From Octopus bimaculoides (Eukaryota), in NCBI RefSeq assembly GCF_001194135.2, contig NC_068989.1, forward strand, positions 19,842,888-19,878,683: a DNA stretch of 35,796 nt, given 5' to 3'. Both the position numbers and the translations under genes were made by a program. The notes beneath the pieces were generated by a model. That model worked only from the letters and a program-made list of their open reading frames with translations. It was not told the DNA's origin and did no database searches. Below, one piece after another: positions 34,211 through 35,796 of the stretch. Numbering within the stretch: the stretch's first letter is position 1; the number at the start of each line of letters is the position of its first letter.

Positions 34211-35765
34211 TGAGAAGGAGTGACAACGTATTTTTTTCAAGCTTCATGTTTTCTTTTATTCCTCTTAATATTTGTTTCTGTTCGGCATCCTTTTACAGCT
34301 CAACCTTGTACGACAGGATTGAGGTTTATCAGCATAGCCACAGCTCAATTACTGTACCATAATATAGCCTAAATCTTATGACTCAAATTAGTAAAGATGC
34401 ACTTATAAAGGAAAATAGAAATGAGATTCATGCCTTCCGCTCAACTTTAACCAAAAGCACAGTGTTCACATATATAACAAATTGCAGCTTAATGCCAATA
34501 TTAAGTAATGATGCCTAAATCATAGTCTCTCAGGACATTCAGTCTACCTTATTACTACAACCAAGTTGAAAGATAAGGAAGCTAATAGGTTTATGATGAT
34601 GACATGGAGTTGAAATTAATTTGTAAAAAAAAAGATTATTACAGCATAGCATTCTAGTTAATTATTATTATTCAGTGTTGGTTATTTATTAGTGTAATAC
34701 ACATTACAAAAGATCAAGATGGTCAGAGAATGAAAATTAAAGCAAATGCTTTCCCATTTTGTTGAATTTAGCAGTAGACCATGTTTGATAGGAATCAGAA
34801 AATGACTATTATAGATGCCAGGTTGATAGAAAATGAAAACAATGCGTACAAAAAAAGTTTAGAGAAAGACAGAGAATGAAGGAGAGATAGAGAGAAATGG
34901 GGAAAGAGAATGAGCAACATAGAAAAAAATGAGAGGGAAATCGAAAGAGACATAAAATGAAAGTATGAGATAATGATTATGAAATGAAGTAATATTTAAA
35001 TGAATTACCTGTTTTTTTTTACTGTGACCCTAGAAAAAAATATGGGAATGTGGAGAAATAAAAAGTGGTGAAGGTGCAAAGGCTAGAGCGAAAGCAACAA
35101 ACATGGATTTAACTAAAACAAATTAAAAAAAAAAAAAATCAGTGATAAGGCGTAAATGGTATATCTAACACAACAGTTAAACATCAATGATAGCAAATAA
35201 GAAGGCTAATAAATACAGATGTTATAATTATTATAATATCATTAAAGTAGGCTTGATATCTGCATGGTAAAGTTTGGTGCACTACTGATGATGTCACATG
35301 GTGCTCACCTTTCTTACCAGCTCTGTCGCTAGGTAAGAAAGACGGATAAAATTTAGTACCTTGCTTAGAGTACCACAAAGCCCTGGTAGTGAGCTATTTA
35401 TTAACTCAGGATGTAAAATGGTAATACATCATTCACTCGATGACTGTATTATCTCTCTCTCTCTCTTGATATTTATATGCATATATACATACAAAAGAGC
35501 AGAAAGAATAGGAAATTTAGTTTGTCCTTTTATTATAACCTCATAAATTACATTATACTTACATGTATTTCACTAGTGCAGTAATCGTTATGTAGATGAT
35601 TGCATAACTACATTGAAATGCCAAATCTTCAGAAGAAAATAGTAATTCAATTTACTGCTATTTACCATCATGAGCTGGTCCACAGTGCTAAATAAGTACA
35701 CGAGTTTGTGGATACCAACATGATGAGAAAATGCTCAATGCAATGTGCACACACACCCCAATATA

Positions 35766-35767
<2 letters not shown>

Positions 35768-35796
<29 letters not shown>
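35768..35796. repeat. (TG)n microsatellite at the window edge
   Basis: Seen directly. Confidence 0.95.

Overview
Eukaryotic, AT-rich, repeat-dense DNA. The tRNA-derived SINE families and microsatellites suggest an octopus (inference from recognised repeats, not a database hit). The window lies inside one minus-strand gene, the pseudokinase NRBP (NRBP1/Madm orthologue). Only two small coding exons were found (18773-18813 and 15815-15909), which splice to [45 protein letters not shown]. Everything else appears intronic. The introns hold a full-length but decayed Ty3/Gypsy LTR retrotransposon (27589-31921), a 5'-truncated R4/Dong-like LINE inserted in TAA repeats, three RTE LINE fragments (one with an intact RT frame), a Tc1/mariner relic, a hAT transposase fossil split by a hAT MITE, a piggyBac-like MITE, many SINEs and microsatellites. 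I found no convincing new biological system. The best leads are candidate alternative or poison exons of NRBP, the asymmetric Gypsy LTR pair, and the nested TE relationships. All family and homology calls come from remembered motifs; no searches were run.
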